DNA of 63,637 nucleotides, the filler included, from Squatina squatina (taxonomy: Eukaryota): the NCBI GenBank assembly GCA_031763465.1. It is 4 parts of 4 records of this genome, joined end to end, with 100 filler letters (N's around TTAATTAATTAA, not from the genome) between each part and the next. Parts side by side here need not be neighbours in the genome. Positions count along the whole stretch, not along the records: positions 46,456 to 63,637 come from JARFOE010000073.1; 3 more parts are not named here. One strand, written 5' to 3'. A program made the position numbers and the translations under genes. Positions 49,701-62,699 of the stretch are shown piece by piece (within the stretch, counting starts at the first letter, position 1; each line of letters starts with the position of its first letter). The notes below the pieces were generated by a model, which worked only from the letters and a program-made list of their open reading frames with translations, made no database searches and was not told where the DNA came from.

Positions 49701-51468
49701 GCTTTGTTTTACAAATCTTAATTAACACTTCTGTCATTCTAACCTAATTACTGTGTTCATATCCTCCAATTCTACTCACCGTGCAGCAGGAATTCATTAG
49801 TAATGAGTTGATTAAACACAGTAATACAAAGCAGTACTTACAAGATAGAACCTAACATTTACTATGGAGCAGCCCCACTTAATTAAAGAGCTCGCATCAG
49901 GGAGTTGGGGAGAGGTGGTCAGCGGGAAAGAAAGGGGCAAATAAAGACTGAAACACAGTGAGATCGGGAAGGAATAGGCAGAGAGAGAAAAACAGAGAGG
50001 TACAGCAAGGCAGAGGAACTGATGAGTGACACACACAGTAAGAGGAGATAGCCCCAGACACACAGTGAGATGGGAGGGGTGGAGAGACAGATATGGCCTG
50101 GGGGGCGGGGGGCCGAGGGGGCGGAACCATGAGGAAGAGAAAAGACTGATGCAGCAAGAAGAGATGGGGAGAGAGACCATGAGAAGGGGGAATAACCAGA
50201 TAGGAGGAAACAATTTAATCTCCAATATTGTGTCTTTTTTTAATTGGTTTGTGAACATTTCAGCAAATGGGTCAAAAGGAACAAAAATGATGTCGAAGGC
50301 TTCACTTAGAAATCATTTTACACACGGGACAGAAGGAAAAGCAGTAGAACGACACGAGTTCTGACATCTGGCATACCTTCGCGTCTAACAACACAGGCAC
50401 CAACACTGTCCTAGAAACAGGACACGCATAACCCAGACACAGCAGTGAGCAAGCGGGTTCAGATCCCTGATGGTCTGTCGGTAGAGAAGCGTCCAGTGTA
50501 ACATGACATGGAAATCAGAAGGAGCTATCCCCGTTCTGTGCTAATTTGGTCGATCTCTCCCTCGGTACCAGCTATGACTGGCATCAACACCATGAGCTTT
50601 GGCCGGGGTTTGGGGAGAGAGAATTGTCGACAGTATGAGCGTACAGGATCCGATTTGGCTGTGATGCTTTCTGTCGAGTAGCCCAGCAGAATCGAATATC
50701 AAGGATGTTTGGTTACAGAGGGCAGTAAGCACCTGTAGAACCCTAACCCAACATGATTCTATTGTATTCAGGAGAGAGGACAATCCCTCCCAATAAATTA
50801 AATCGAACAAAATCTGAAACATTTAGAACCCTTTAAGCGCCATCATCCAACATTCTTTCATAACTGAGAAGTCGCAAGTCCATGAGGAGAGCTCAACCCT
50901 CAGAGTTTCTCCTCAGATACATTGAAGGGCTATGGGGAAAGAGCAGGGGAGTGGAACTAATTGGATAACAATTTTAAAGAACCGGCACAGACATGATGGG
51001 ACAAATGGCCTCATTGGCGGCCATACCTTATTCCACCTAGGCCGTAAACTCTGGCATTCGCTGCCAAAACATCTCCGCATCTCTTGTCTCCTTTAAGATC
51101 CTTCTTAAAACCCAGCTCTTGGACTGAACTTTTCGTCAGCCGCCTTACTATCCTAATATCCTTATTTGGCTTGGTGTTCATTTTGTGTCTGATTATGCTC
51201 CTGTGAAGCGCTTTGTCATGGGAACATTACCTACAAGTTCTCCTCTAAGTCACACGATATCCTGACTAATATATATCGCTGTTTCTTCATTTCTCCTAGT
51301 TCAACATCCTAGAATTCTCGACCAGATATCATTATGGGAACATCACTACAAGGACTACAGCAGTTCAANNNNNNNNNNNNNNNNNNNNNNNNNNNNNNNN
51401 NNNNNNNNNNNNNNNNNNNNNNNNNNNNNNNNNNNNNNNNNNNNNNNNNNNNNNNNNNNNNNNNNNNN

Positions 51469-54104
51469 CATTCACATGGTGAAAAACACCCAATGTGAAC
51501 ACACATTCACAGTGTGAAAAACACCTGCCAAGAACACAGCTTAACACGGAGAAAAACACCTGCCGACAGCAAACATTCACAGTCTGAAAAACACCTGTCG
51601 AAAACAAACATTCACACTGTGAAATACACCCGCCGACAACACACCTTCACACTGTGAAAAACACCCGCCAACAACACACATTCACAGTGTGAAAAACACC
51701 AGTCGACAACACACATTCACAGGGTGAAAAACACCAGTCGACAACACACATTCACAGGGAGATAATCACCCGCCACCAACACACATTCACAGTGCGAAAA
51801 ATAGCCCGGCGACAAAACACATTCACAGTGTGAAAAACACCCGTCGACAACACAAATTCACAGGGAGAAAAACAAGTGCCATCAACACACATTCACAGTG
51901 TGAAACACACCAGCCGACAACACACATTCACACTGGAAAAAACACCCGCCGACAACACACATTCACAGTCTGAAAAATACCCATTAAAATACACAGTCAC
52001 ACTGTGAAAAACACCCATGGACAACACACATCCACAATGTGAAAACACCCGACGAGAACACACATTCACACTTTGAAAAACACTCGCTGACAACACACAT
52101 TCACACTGTGAAAAGCAAACTCCGACATCGCACATTCACACTGTGAAAAACACCCCACCGACAACACACATTCACAGTGTGAAAAACACCCGCCGACAAC
52201 ACACATTCACATTCTGAAAAACACCCGTCGACAACAAACATTCACAATGTGAAAAACACCCACCGACAACAAACATTCACACTGTGAAAAACACCCACCG
52301 ACATCACACATTCACACAGTAAAAAACACCCGGCGACAACACACATTCACACTGTGAAAAACACCCACCGACAACACCCATTCAGAGGATGAAACACACC
52401 TATCGACAACACATATTCACACTGTGAAAAGCACTCGCCGACAACACACATTCACACTATGAAAAACACCCGCCGGTAACACACATTCACAATGTGAAAA
52501 ACACCCACCGACAACACACATTCACAGGGTGAAAAGCAACAGCCAACAACACATATTCAGAGGGTGAATAACACCCGCCGACAACACACATTCACACTTT
52601 GAAGAACACCAGCCGACAACACACATTCACAGGGTGCAAAACACCTGCCGAAAACACACACATTCACACTGTGAAAAACACCCGCCGACAACGCTCATTC
52701 ACAATGCGAAAAACACCCGCCGACAGCACACATTCACACTGTGAAAAACACCCACCGACAACACACATTCACATGGTGAAAAACACCCAATGTGAACACA
52801 CATTCACAGTGTGAAAAACACCTGCCAAGAACACAGCTTAACGCGGAGAAAAACACCTGCCGACAGCAAACATTCACAATCTGAAAAACACCTGTCGAAA
52901 ACAAATATTCACACTGTGAAATACACCCGCCGACAACACACATACACACTGTGAAAAACACCCGCCAACAACACACATTCACACTGTGAAAATCACCCGC
53001 TGATAACACACATTCACAGTGTGAAAAACACCAGTCGACAACACACATTCACAGGGTGAAATACACCAGTCGACAACACACATTCACAGGGAGATAATCA
53101 CCCGCCGCCAACACACATTCACAGTGCGAAAAATAGCCCACCGACAAAACACATTCACAGTGTGAAAAACACCCGTCGACAACACAAATTCACAGGGTGA
53201 AAAACACGTGACATCAACACACATTCACAGTGTGAAACACACCAGCCGACAACACACATTCACACTGGGAAAAACACCCGCCGACAACACACATTCACAG
53301 TCTGAAAAATACCCATTAAAAGACACAGTCACACTGTGAAAAACACCCACGGACAACACTCATCCACAATGTGAAAACACCCGCCGACAACACACATTCA
53401 CACTGTGAAAAACACCCACGGACAACACACATCCACTATGTGAAAACACCCGCCGAGAACACACATTCACACTTTGAAAAACACCCGCTGACAACACACA
53501 TTCACTCTGTGAAAAACACCCGCCGACAACACACATTCACACTGTGAAAAACACCCGCCGACAACACACATTCACACTGTGAAAAACACCCGCCGACAAC
53601 ACACATTTACACTGTGAACATCACCCGCCGACAACACACATTCACACTGTGAAAAACACCAGCCCACAACACACATTTACACTGTGAAAAACACCTGCCG
53701 ACAACACACATTCACACTGTGAAAAACACCCGCCAAAAACACACATTCACAATGAGAAAAACAACCGCCGACAACAGAAATTCACACTGTGAAAAACACC
53801 CAGTGAAGGCACATATTCACACTGTGAAAAAGACCCACCGTCAACACACATTCACAATGTGAAAAACACCCGACGACAACACACATTCACAGGGTGATAA
53901 ATAGCCACCGACAACACACATTCACACTGTGAAAAACACCCGTTGACAACACACATTCACACGGAGAAACCCCCCGCCGACAACACAAATACACAGGGTG
54001 AAAAACACCCGCCGATAACACGCAATCACAGGGTGATAAACAACCGCCGAGAACACAATTTAACAAAGTGAAAAACATCCAAAAACAACACATTCACACT
54101 GTGA
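51469..54104 (+). repeat. 35-bp satellite CGCCGACAACACACATTCACACTGTGAAAAACACC, about 75 copies
   Basis: Period 35 (53521, 53556, 53591); internal palindrome TTCACA-C-TGTGAA; no unique spacers. Confidence 0.95.
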
Positions 54105-54493
54105 AGGGGCAAAGTGCAGTGAAGCTCTGATCTACAAGTGATTATTCAGAGAGAATGGTTTTTCACCACGAGCCCAGGTGATTAAGGGGCAAGGCAGCTA
54201 ACACTAAAACAAGGTTTTAAATTGCTCAGGGAAGCATTAAAACACCGTGCGTTATATTCGAGGTCACAGTATATCCAGTGGAGGGTATTGTAAAGTGAAA
54301 CTACATGAAACCGGAGGGGTCGGGGGTGGGGGTACAGAGTGAGTCGTGTTGCTGCCAGCACTCCTAGGGTTAAATCTCAGCTACACAGCAAAACCATGCA
54401 GGCAGTGAGGACACGATATACAAGGTAGCAGAGGCTGTGGGTCAGCTAATCACGAGAAGCCGAATGAGAATTTAAAACTCTTTTTCATTTGTT

Positions 54494-54499
54494 TTTATT
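54494..54499 (-). terminator. Candidate polyadenylation signal AATAAA of ALDOC
   Basis: TTTATT on the plus strand, 25 nt past the stop codon. Confidence 0.45.
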
Positions 54500-54524
54500 A
54501 TTTGTATGTTTCTGTGGCTTTCTT

Positions 54525-54620
54525 TCAGTAGGCATGATTTTCTATGTAGAGAGACTGACCAGCTGCACCATCCCCCTCGCTGCTCGACTCGTACTGCCCG
54601 AGTGAAGCCAAACTGTTAAC
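54525..54620 (-). CDS. ALDOC: Fructose-bisphosphate aldolase C, last coding exon
   Basis: ttttag| VNSLASLGQYESSSEGDGAAGQSLYIENHAY*. The QSLYIxNHAY tail is aldolase-C-like. Confidence 0.85.
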   Translation of the reverse strand, partial: VNSLASLGQYESSSEGDGAAGQSLYIENHAY

Positions 54621-54937
54621 CTAAAAAAAAAGAGGAAACCGTGATTGAAGCACAAAGCAAACTTAATAGATTTTTTTTTATAAAAACAACCAAAAATTGC
54701 AACCATAAAGCACTGAAGTAAACAAAACTGCGACTGTTAAAAGTGGGNNNNNNNNNNNNNNNNNNNNNNNNNNNNNNNNNNNNNNNNNNNNNNNNNNNNN
54801 NNNNNNNNNNNNNNNNNNNNNNNNNNNNNNNNNNNNNNNNNNNNNNNTTATACAAACTTCGTGCCCATTAATATTGGAACGTGCACGAACGAGTACCAAA
54901 CTCCCCGCAGCAAGCTCCTCAGGCAGAATCCACATAC

Positions 54938-55112
54938 CTGGGACAGCAGGTGGGACAGTGCGTCGCAACGCAGTAACTGTTGCAATGGCAATCTCCTCGG
55001 GGGTGCACTTGGTGGAGCAGGCATGACCAGCAGTCACCATGTTGGGCTTCAGCAGGGTGCCCTCCAGGTAAATGTGGTGATCACTTAGGGCCTTATACAC
55101 AGCCCCCAACAC
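54938..55112 (-). CDS. ALDOC: Aldolase exon with the Schiff-base lysine
   Basis: 175-nt exon [32 protein letters not shown]...[10 protein letters not shown] with canonical splice sites. Confidence 0.9.
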
Positions 55113-56444
55113 CTGAAACACAAAAAGGGAACACTTTATAATTCACCAAGGTCCAGTACAGAGAAATGGCTCTCTTTTCCCCGCCCCTTTTTTTAAGTTC
55201 TCTTTATGGTGTAGAGGTAGAAATTTGTCTAGCCTGGTTTTCAGGTTGTGAATCGGAGTTGCACGCACTGTGTGCTCCAACCAGGAGACCTGAGACTGGC
55301 CTGAATTTGGACCTGGTTACAATAGTTCAGGCAAGTTGCTGGCACCTGAACAAGCAGCTCGCCCACTTCAGCACATGAATTTCAGGCAGCTTGGCTTGCC
55401 AGCAGTGGCCCTCAGGTGGGGCTGGGGAGGGGGTGGTGCGGTGCGGTGCAATTATGGCTGGGAGGAGCACTCCTGGCACACCTGAATTTTAAAAAAGAAT
55501 TAAACTTGCATAAACAACCGATTCCTAGGTTGCATCCACACTCGGAAAAGCTCGATGGCTGCTCATGCAGGCCAGTTTCTCGAAGGGACCCAAAAAAGAC
55601 AAACACGCGACTGGCCGCTTATTAACATATGCAAGGGATCTCATGTCGGTTTTAAGCAGGCACTTAAAAATTGTTCACGGCCAAATGGCAACGGATATTT
55701 TCCAAGCGTCCCCGAGGTGCAGGGCATAGCTCCGTGACACTGGTTATTTTTGCCCCCATATTCCACCTGGAAAACTGGCACAACAGTGACTGATTTCTAC
55801 CCTGAACCCATTCCTCCTGCTGCAACCCCATTACACTTGGTGCAGAGAAGAAAANNNNNNNNNNNNNNNNNNNNNNNNNNNNNNNNNNNNNNNNNNNNNN
55901 NNNNNNNNNNNNNNNNNNNNNNNNNNNNNNNNNNNNNNNNNNNNNNNNNNNNNNNNNNNNNNNNNNNNNNNNNNNNNNNNNNNNNNNNNNNNNNNNNNNN
56001 NNNNNNNNNNNNNNNNNNNNNNNNNNNNNNNNNNNNNNNNNNNNNNNNNNNNNNNNNNNNNNNNNNNNNNNNNNNNNNNNNNNNNNNNNNNNNNNNNNNN
56101 NNNNNNNNNNNNNNNNNNNNNNNNNNNNNNNNNNNNNNNNNNNNNNNNNNNNNNNNNNNNNNNNNNNNNNNNNNNNNNNNNNNNNNNNNNNNNNNNNNNN
56201 NNNNNNNNNNNNNNNNNNNNNNNNNNNNNNNNNNNNNNNNNNNNNNNNNNNNNNNNNNNNNNNNNNNNNNNNNNNNNNNNNNNNNNNNNNNNNNNNNNNN
56301 NNNNNNNNNNNNNNNNNNNNNNNNNNNNNNNNNNNNNNNNNNNNNNNNNNNNNNNNNNNNNNNNNNNNNNNNNNNNNNNNNNNNNNNNNNNNNNNNNNNN
56401 NNNNNNNNNNNNNNNNNNNNNNNNNNNNCTGAGTTTTAGGGTCA

Positions 56445-56560
56445 ATACTGGCTACATTACAACAGTGACTGCACTTCAAAAGTACTTCATTGGCTAGAAG
56501 CTGCTTCGGGACGTCCAGAGGTCGTGAAAGGTGCTATATAAATACAAGTCTTACTTTTCT
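56445..56560 (+). mobile_element. DeuSINE/L2-type 3' tail
   Basis: TACATTACAACAGTGACT..CTTCAAAAGTACTTCATTGGCT..GTGAAAGGTGCTATATAAAT. Confidence 0.6.
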
Positions 56561-56563
56561 TCA

Positions 56564-56707
<144 letters not shown>

Positions 56708-57043
56708 CTATAGGAATCACAACCTCCAATCTGCTCATCATTGGTGCTTTCCCCATTACCATCTTGCCTCCCAACACCTTGATGGACATTGCAGGATCGT
56801 CTATGTTTTTACAGCCTTCCTCTCATTACAACACTGGAGACCCATCCAAAATCCAGGGCAATCCATCCCCCCTCCCCATTTTATCCCCTCCTCTCCTGAA
56901 GCCACCAATTCCTTTGAGGTACAAGCAGCTGCCTTGGTGACCANNNNNNNNNNNNNNNNNNNNNNNNNNNNNNNNNNNNNNNNNNNNNNNNNNNNNNNNN
57001 NNNNNNNNNNNNNNNNNNNNNNNNNNNNNNNNNNNNNNNNNNN

Positions 57044-57635
57044 GGCCAGTGAGTCACCCTCATGTTGGACGGCCTCCTCATCTTCCAAACCGTCACAAGT
57101 CGTGGCCACATTGGGCTGGGGCTGCAGGCGAGGCATTGCCCCCAGTGGTGACGCCATCCCGTCGCCCAGGCTCTCACACGGGTCGCCCTCGGGATTCTCC
57201 GGGTCGCTACCTTGGCCCTCCCCGAACTCCAAGATGGTGGGCAGGTTCCCGTGCTTGGGGCAACGCCTCCGCAAGCTGACCAGGAAGGGCTGAGGCAGCG
57301 AGTAGATGTCCACGTTGTTGCCCAGGTCGATCCAGGTGATGCTGGGGAACTTCTCCAGGTCCTTCAGGGTCTCGGTCAGCTCCCTCAGGATGTTCCTGGT
57401 CAGCTTGTTCCCATTCAAAGACAGGGTGTTGAGGTGCGGGAGGGAACAAAGGGTGGGCAGTAGCTGCATGAAACCTTCATCTGTCAGCTCAGTGAAGCAC
57501 AGCTCCACGCTGCTCATCAGCTGCCCATTCTGCTGCAAGTACAGAGCCGCTCGTTCGATGTCCCTGGACGTCAGCGCGATTCCCGATAAATCCAGCGTCT
57601 CATTCGTCGGGGGCCCAGAGAGGGCAGCTTTCAGG
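57044..57635 (-). CDS. LRRC75A: LRRC75A-like last exon (3' end in gap)
   Basis: ttccag| LKAALSG..LDLSGIALTSRD..LSLNGNKLTR..KFPSITWIDLGNNVDIYSLPQPFLVSLRRRCPKHGNLPTILEFGEG. Closer to LRRC75A than to LRRC75B. Confidence 0.8.
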
Positions 57636-57769
57636 CTGGAAGAAAAATAATGACTGACAATCAGAAGAACCGGTTCACAGGTTGAAGAGCAAATGGCCAG
57701 GCAGCTGGATTTAGTGAGAAGTTAGGAGAATATTGGGACAGCTAATACAAAAAAAAATCAGCACAGATC

Positions 57770-57932
57770 CACCCATTTAATCTCCCACAGCCCATGAACA
57801 CTCTCCCCTATCACTGACTCTCCCCACCCATTTAATCCCCTCCCACAGCCCGTGTACACTCTCCCCTATCACTGACTCTCCCCACCCATTTAATCCCCTC
57901 CCACAGCCCGTGTACACTCTCCCCTATCACTG
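57770..57932 (+). repeat. ~58-bp C-rich minisatellite
   Basis: ACCCATTTAATC...CCTATCACTGACTCTCCCC, three copies running into a gap. Confidence 0.85.
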
Positions 57933-58382
57933 NNNNNNNNNNNNNNNNNNNNNNNNNNNNNNNNNNNNNNNNNNNNNNNNNNNNNNNNNNNNNNNNNNNN
58001 NNNNNNNNNNNNNNNNNNNNNNNNNNNNNNNNCCTCCTATTCCAAAAACATTCATTAATAACTCTACATGGCAGTTGGGGAGTCAGCTCGCAGCCGGTGT
58101 CTGACAGTCAGCGCCCTCAGCGCTGAAGGTTTCGGTCTGGGAGCCAAAATGCAGACAAAGCTTTCCTACAACTAGCTGTAAAACCAGAGGTACAAGCCAC
58201 AACTTCAGGCCTGTCTGTGTGACGTCTGTGAGGAGAGGAGAGATGGATATTCCCCCAGAGACTAACAGATTGGATGGTTTTGTTTATTAGAATAACAGCT
58301 GTAAAAACAGGAGCGGATTATTTATGGGTAGTTGGGATGGAGAGGCGGAATGAGTGAGACGGAACGAGACGGGGGAGAGAGT

Positions 58383-58465
58383 CACACACACACACACACA
58401 CGAGTGAGAGAGAGAATGAGAGAGAGAGAGAGAGAGAGAGAGAAGAGAATGAATGAGACCGAGAC
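58383..58465. repeat. (CA)n/(GA)n microsatellite
   Basis: Directly visible. Confidence 0.9.
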
Positions 58466-58779
58466 NNNNNNNNNNATTGGGCTGGTCAATTCTTCTTGAT
58501 TTGTTTTGTTACTGTCCATAGTTTCCTGCTGTCTTTGAGAGAGTGAAAGTCTGAAAAAGATCAGCAGGACCTGGGCTGGGAGTCAAGAGCATGAGGACAA
58601 TGATGCAATTGGTTGGGCTAGGATTAATTTGGCCAGCAGATTGGTTTATGTTCGAATGCATTTGTGGCAATTATAATAAATTTGACTATAATGAACAGTG
58701 ACATCGGGGTGTGACAGGAAGTGTATCACTTACAGGAACATTCCTATGTCACCAAAGAAATCAAAAGATAAAGATAGGC

Positions 58780-59032
58780 TTGGATTTCTACAGCGCTTTC
58801 CACAACCTCAGCACGTCCCAAAAACTTCACAGGAAACGCAGCAGCCAATTTGCGCACAGCAAGCTCCCACAAGCAGCAATGTGATAATGACCACATAATC
58901 TGATTTTTAATGATGTTGGCTTCTTCAAAACAGTGCCGGGGGATCTTTTACGGCCACCTGAGAGGGCAGATTGGGCCTCAGTTTAACATCTCATCCGACA
59001 GTGCGGCGCTCCCTCGGCACTGCCGCTCCGAC
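58780..59032 (-). mobile_element. DeuSINE/SacSINE-like element
   Basis: GCAGCCAATTTGCGCACAGCAAGCTCCCACAA..GGGCCTCAGTTTAACATCTCATCCG. Confidence 0.65.
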
Positions 59033-60282
59033 NNNNNNNNNNNNNNNNNNNNNNNNNNNNNNNNNNNNNNNNNNNNNNNNNNNNNNNNNNNNNNNNNNNN
59101 NNNNNNNNNNNNNNNNNNNNNNNNNNNNNNNNCTTGTGAAGACAGAACAAAAATATGTATTTAATTGGTCTGCCATTTCTTTGTTCCCCATTATAAATTC
59201 CCCCATTTCTGACTGACCATGGCAAACACACACACTCCAGTACCCCCTGTAACAAAGTACGCTTCCTCCCCACCCCTCCATAACCAAGGTCCTAAACTCA
59301 GGCAGTTTCCGTCATAAATGCTTTGACTGGTACTCCCTAGAACTTGGAATTCAATTTACAGCAGTCCATGTTCGCTAATCAGAATAAGAACCATAATGTT
59401 GGGCTTCAACAACTTCGTTTATGCCCAACATGGGTGCTCACATAGATCTCTGGCTCAAGGCAATGCCAGAAGCAAGGTACAGATGATGCTACTCAGCATG
59501 ATAACCACATCTGTAATACCCAGCCACCATGCTCAAAGATAGCAAGTGTGTTATATAGTATAAAAGGCCAGGCAGTTATGTCAATATATGTGCCATCTGC
59601 TTAGCGATCCCTAGAGGCAGAAATTGACAAGCGCAGCCATCCACCTTGCTTCCTCCTCTCACTGCAGAAATAGTGAAATGAGCAGATAGTTAGTAGAAGA
59701 CAAGTATTAACACAAAAAGGAAACACAACATTCTGTACACTCCTGCATGAGTGTTGGACATAAATAAAATTTGACTTAAAAGGTACTGCGTGAGACATTT
59801 TTTTTGGAATGGAGGGGGAGAAGGGAAGGGGGTGCGGGGTGGAAACGCTGCTCTGTTCGTAGGTTCTGTTGCAAGACTGTGGGTAATGGCAAAAATAGTT
59901 TATTGGACCAGGAGATGGGACACATATGCAGATCACTATTTTACATAAGAACCTACCTTAAGACTATTTAGTGAAAAGTGGTTGTGCAGATTTTTTTTGC
60001 AACCGGAGCTGCTGCCTGCTATAGCAAGGCCCTATTGCAGAGCAAAGTACGCAAGAATAATTTTAGACAACTGTACAAAGACCTTAGTAATTGCATCTGT
60101 ATCATTTTATTTCTCTTTGGATCTAGCCCACTAATGGCACCAATGAATGCTGTTAGATGGAAGAAATCATCCATTCATGGAGTAGAACCCCTTTCTGTTC
60201 AAAAAGAGCAGCTAGCGGCCCATATGCATCATCAATAAATTCCTGCAATTTAGGGAGCCAAATATTAAGGACGCGACTGCTG

Positions 60283-60311
60283 CCAATGAACCGGAAGTAG
60301 TTGCGTACGCG
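60283..60311 (+). promoter_or_regulatory. Promoter motif cluster (CCAAT, ETS CCGGAAGT, NRF1-like TGCGTACGCG)
   Basis: Three motifs within 30 nt, about 280 nt upstream of the ATG at 60586. Confidence 0.5.
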
Positions 60312-60585
60312 TGCTATTTTTTGTTTGTTGCCGCAGGACTTCCCAAAATGAGGAATAAAGCAACGAATTTTAAAAAGTGCCCATCTTCTAGAAGAATGAG
60401 TGTCGGATATTTTTCCACTCCGTTTTATAAATTGCCTGATTGTCATTAAGCGCCCTGATAATATACGTTCTCGATTGCTTGGAGCCGTCGCACAGCGTTC
60501 AATATCAACCTGAAATTAACCAGCAACTCATTGCAGCTCAAGTGTCTGAAGCTGCTGTCAACATCCGACCTGGGCTGATCACTCA

Positions 60586-60635
60586 ATGGAACTGAAACCA
60601 TTTCAAGGAGCTCCTTTTGGAACTCAGAAAACCAG
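60586..60635 (+). CDS. CIMAP2/LEXM (C1orf177)-like first coding exon
   Basis: MELKPFQGAPFGTQKT(R) then AG|GTAAGT. FxGAPFGxQxxR matches the N-terminal motif I recall for LEXM/CIMAP2. Confidence 0.6.
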
Positions 60636-61261
60636 GTAAGTCGGAGCAAAAAAAACGATTTTTAATCGTGTGTTTATAAGTCAAATTGCTCATGATACGC
60701 GTTTTACATTTTATTTGCATTTGTTACATGAAAGGAAAATCCATTTAGAACAGAATAATGCTGTTATCTTTCCAATAACAAGACATTACTTTCTTTCCGC
60801 TAGTAATAGATATACTGAAATAGATGTACTTATCTAGCATGTTTTTGTAACTGTTACTGGGTTATAACATAGCTGCTTTCCCAAAAAGACTTCTCACTTT
60901 TCTGAAATATACCTGCTACTTTCTCTCGTGATAATAACTTCCCATTACATCCTTGTTTCTGGATGTACTACCACCTTATCTGTATGCATTCACAGAAATT
61001 GATCATTGCTATAATGTAAGGTTAGAAAGCCATTTTCCATTACAAGGTTATAACAGACAAANNNNNNNNNNATTGCGCTGGAGTCAAGAATTCTGCTGAT
61101 CAGCTTCAACTGTATGATTTGGATTTAGTAGTACTAATAAACATTTCCAATCTTGATCATTTCTGATATTAAATCATTGACATTATTGCCAGAATTAGAT
61201 CTGTGATGAGATGAAAGTTTCAGAACTATGCAATTCTAGGTAAAATCAATTGTTTCGGCAG

Positions 61262-62065
61262 CGTAGGAGAGGGGCAGAGAGCTGAGAGAAACCGTGAGAG
61301 GCGGCCAGCACATAAATTGAGCGGGTGGCAGAACAAGGCCTACATTCAGCACGAGAGGGGCAGAGAGCTGAGAGAAATCGCGAGAGGCGGCCAGCACATA
61401 AATTGAGGGGGCGGCAGAGCGAGGCCTACATTCGGCAGCAGAGAGGAGCAGAGAGCTGAGAGAAATCGCGAGAGGCGGCCAGATTGAGCTACCTCACAGA
61501 GACCAGCGGCAGAGTTGGATCTGACGTCATGATTCAGAAAGTGACGCGTAGCAGGTGAGGCAGCTGATTGGTAAATAGGATCAGGTGAGTATTTCCACTA
61601 CTTTTACAGTTTAGTAGTTTAAGCTAAAGTAACACCAAGGTCCTTTGATTGTGTGGAGGAGTGATGAGAGTAAAATAAGGCCCGAGTGTAATTAACAGGC
61701 TTTAAGTTAATTTAATTTAAAGCTATTAAAGGGTAAGTCATGGCAGGAGATCTCGGACCCGTGGCATGCTTCTCCTGCACTATGGGGAACCCAGGGACAC
61801 TTCCATGTGTGCAGGAAATGTATCCAGCTGCAGCTACAGGCAGACAACATTGTGGTGCCAGAGCTGCGGATGGATTCATTGTGGAGTATCCACGATGCTG
61901 AGATGTACGTGGATAGCACATTTAATGATGTGGTCACACCAGAGGTAAAGAGTGAACAGGCAGGAAGGGAATGGATGACCGCCAGGCACAGTAGAAGAAG
62001 GCAGGTAGTGCAGGAATCCCCTGTGGCCATCCCCATCACTAACAGATATACTGATTTGGATATTG
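61262..62065 (+). mobile_element. CR1 LINE 5' UTR and start of ORF1
   Basis: 86-88-nt tandem repeats and TGACGTCA. ATG at 61740 gives MAGDLGPVACFSC, a frameshift, then CRKCIQLQL..ESPVAIPITNRY (zinc finger/leucine zipper ORF1). Confidence 0.75.
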
Positions 62066-62165
62066 NNNNNNNNNNNNNNNNNNNNNNNNNNNNNNNNNNN
62101 NNNNNNNNNNNNNNNNNNNNNNNNNNNNNNNNNNNNNNNNNNNNNNNNNNNNNNNNNNNNNNNNN

Positions 62166-62432
62166 TTGAGTTCGGAGTATAGTGCCTGTCTCGGGAGTCT
62201 TGAATCAGGCATGTGGACGATGTGACCAGCCCATCGCAGTTGGCTGAGCGTGACCAGTGCCTCGATGCTGGGGATGTTGGCCTGAGTGAGGACGCTGACA
62301 TTGGTGCATTTGTTCTGCCAATTGATTTGCAGGATTTTGCGGAGGCAGCGTTGGTGGTATTTCTCTAGTGCTTTGAGGTGCCTGCTGTACAGTGTCCATG
62401 TCTCCGATGCATACAGGAGAGCAGATATCACA
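62166..62432 (-). mobile_element. RTE-clade LINE fragment
   Basis: LLYASETWTLYSRHLKALEKYHQRCLRKIL..QLRWAGHIVHMPDSRLPRQALYSEL. Confidence 0.85.
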
Positions 62433-62699
62433 ATATACAGTTAGACGATGGCAATATAACACAGCAGAGGTATAAATCATTGCCCAAAATTCCCCATGCA
62501 GCATCTTCCTGATCTTGCCAGTTGTATCACCTGATGGTTTAGATAGAGGCTCAGCTCTTCCCCCACAGGTAGACAGAGTTACTTGCAGCTTGGTTCACCT
62601 TGCACTGCTAATCACAAGTGACAATGATCACTGTCTTCAAGCAGATTTGCATGGGCATTACACACTTCAGAGTTGGTGTAACGGGGCAGGGGTAGCGGT

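Noticed and set aside
51469-54104. CRISPR array or C2H2/Cys-rich protein from the 35-bp palindromic repeat
   Set aside because: Head-to-tail units with no spacers; the period is not a multiple of three and stops are frequent.
55664-56479. 200-270-aa ORFs
   Set aside because: Almost entirely N.
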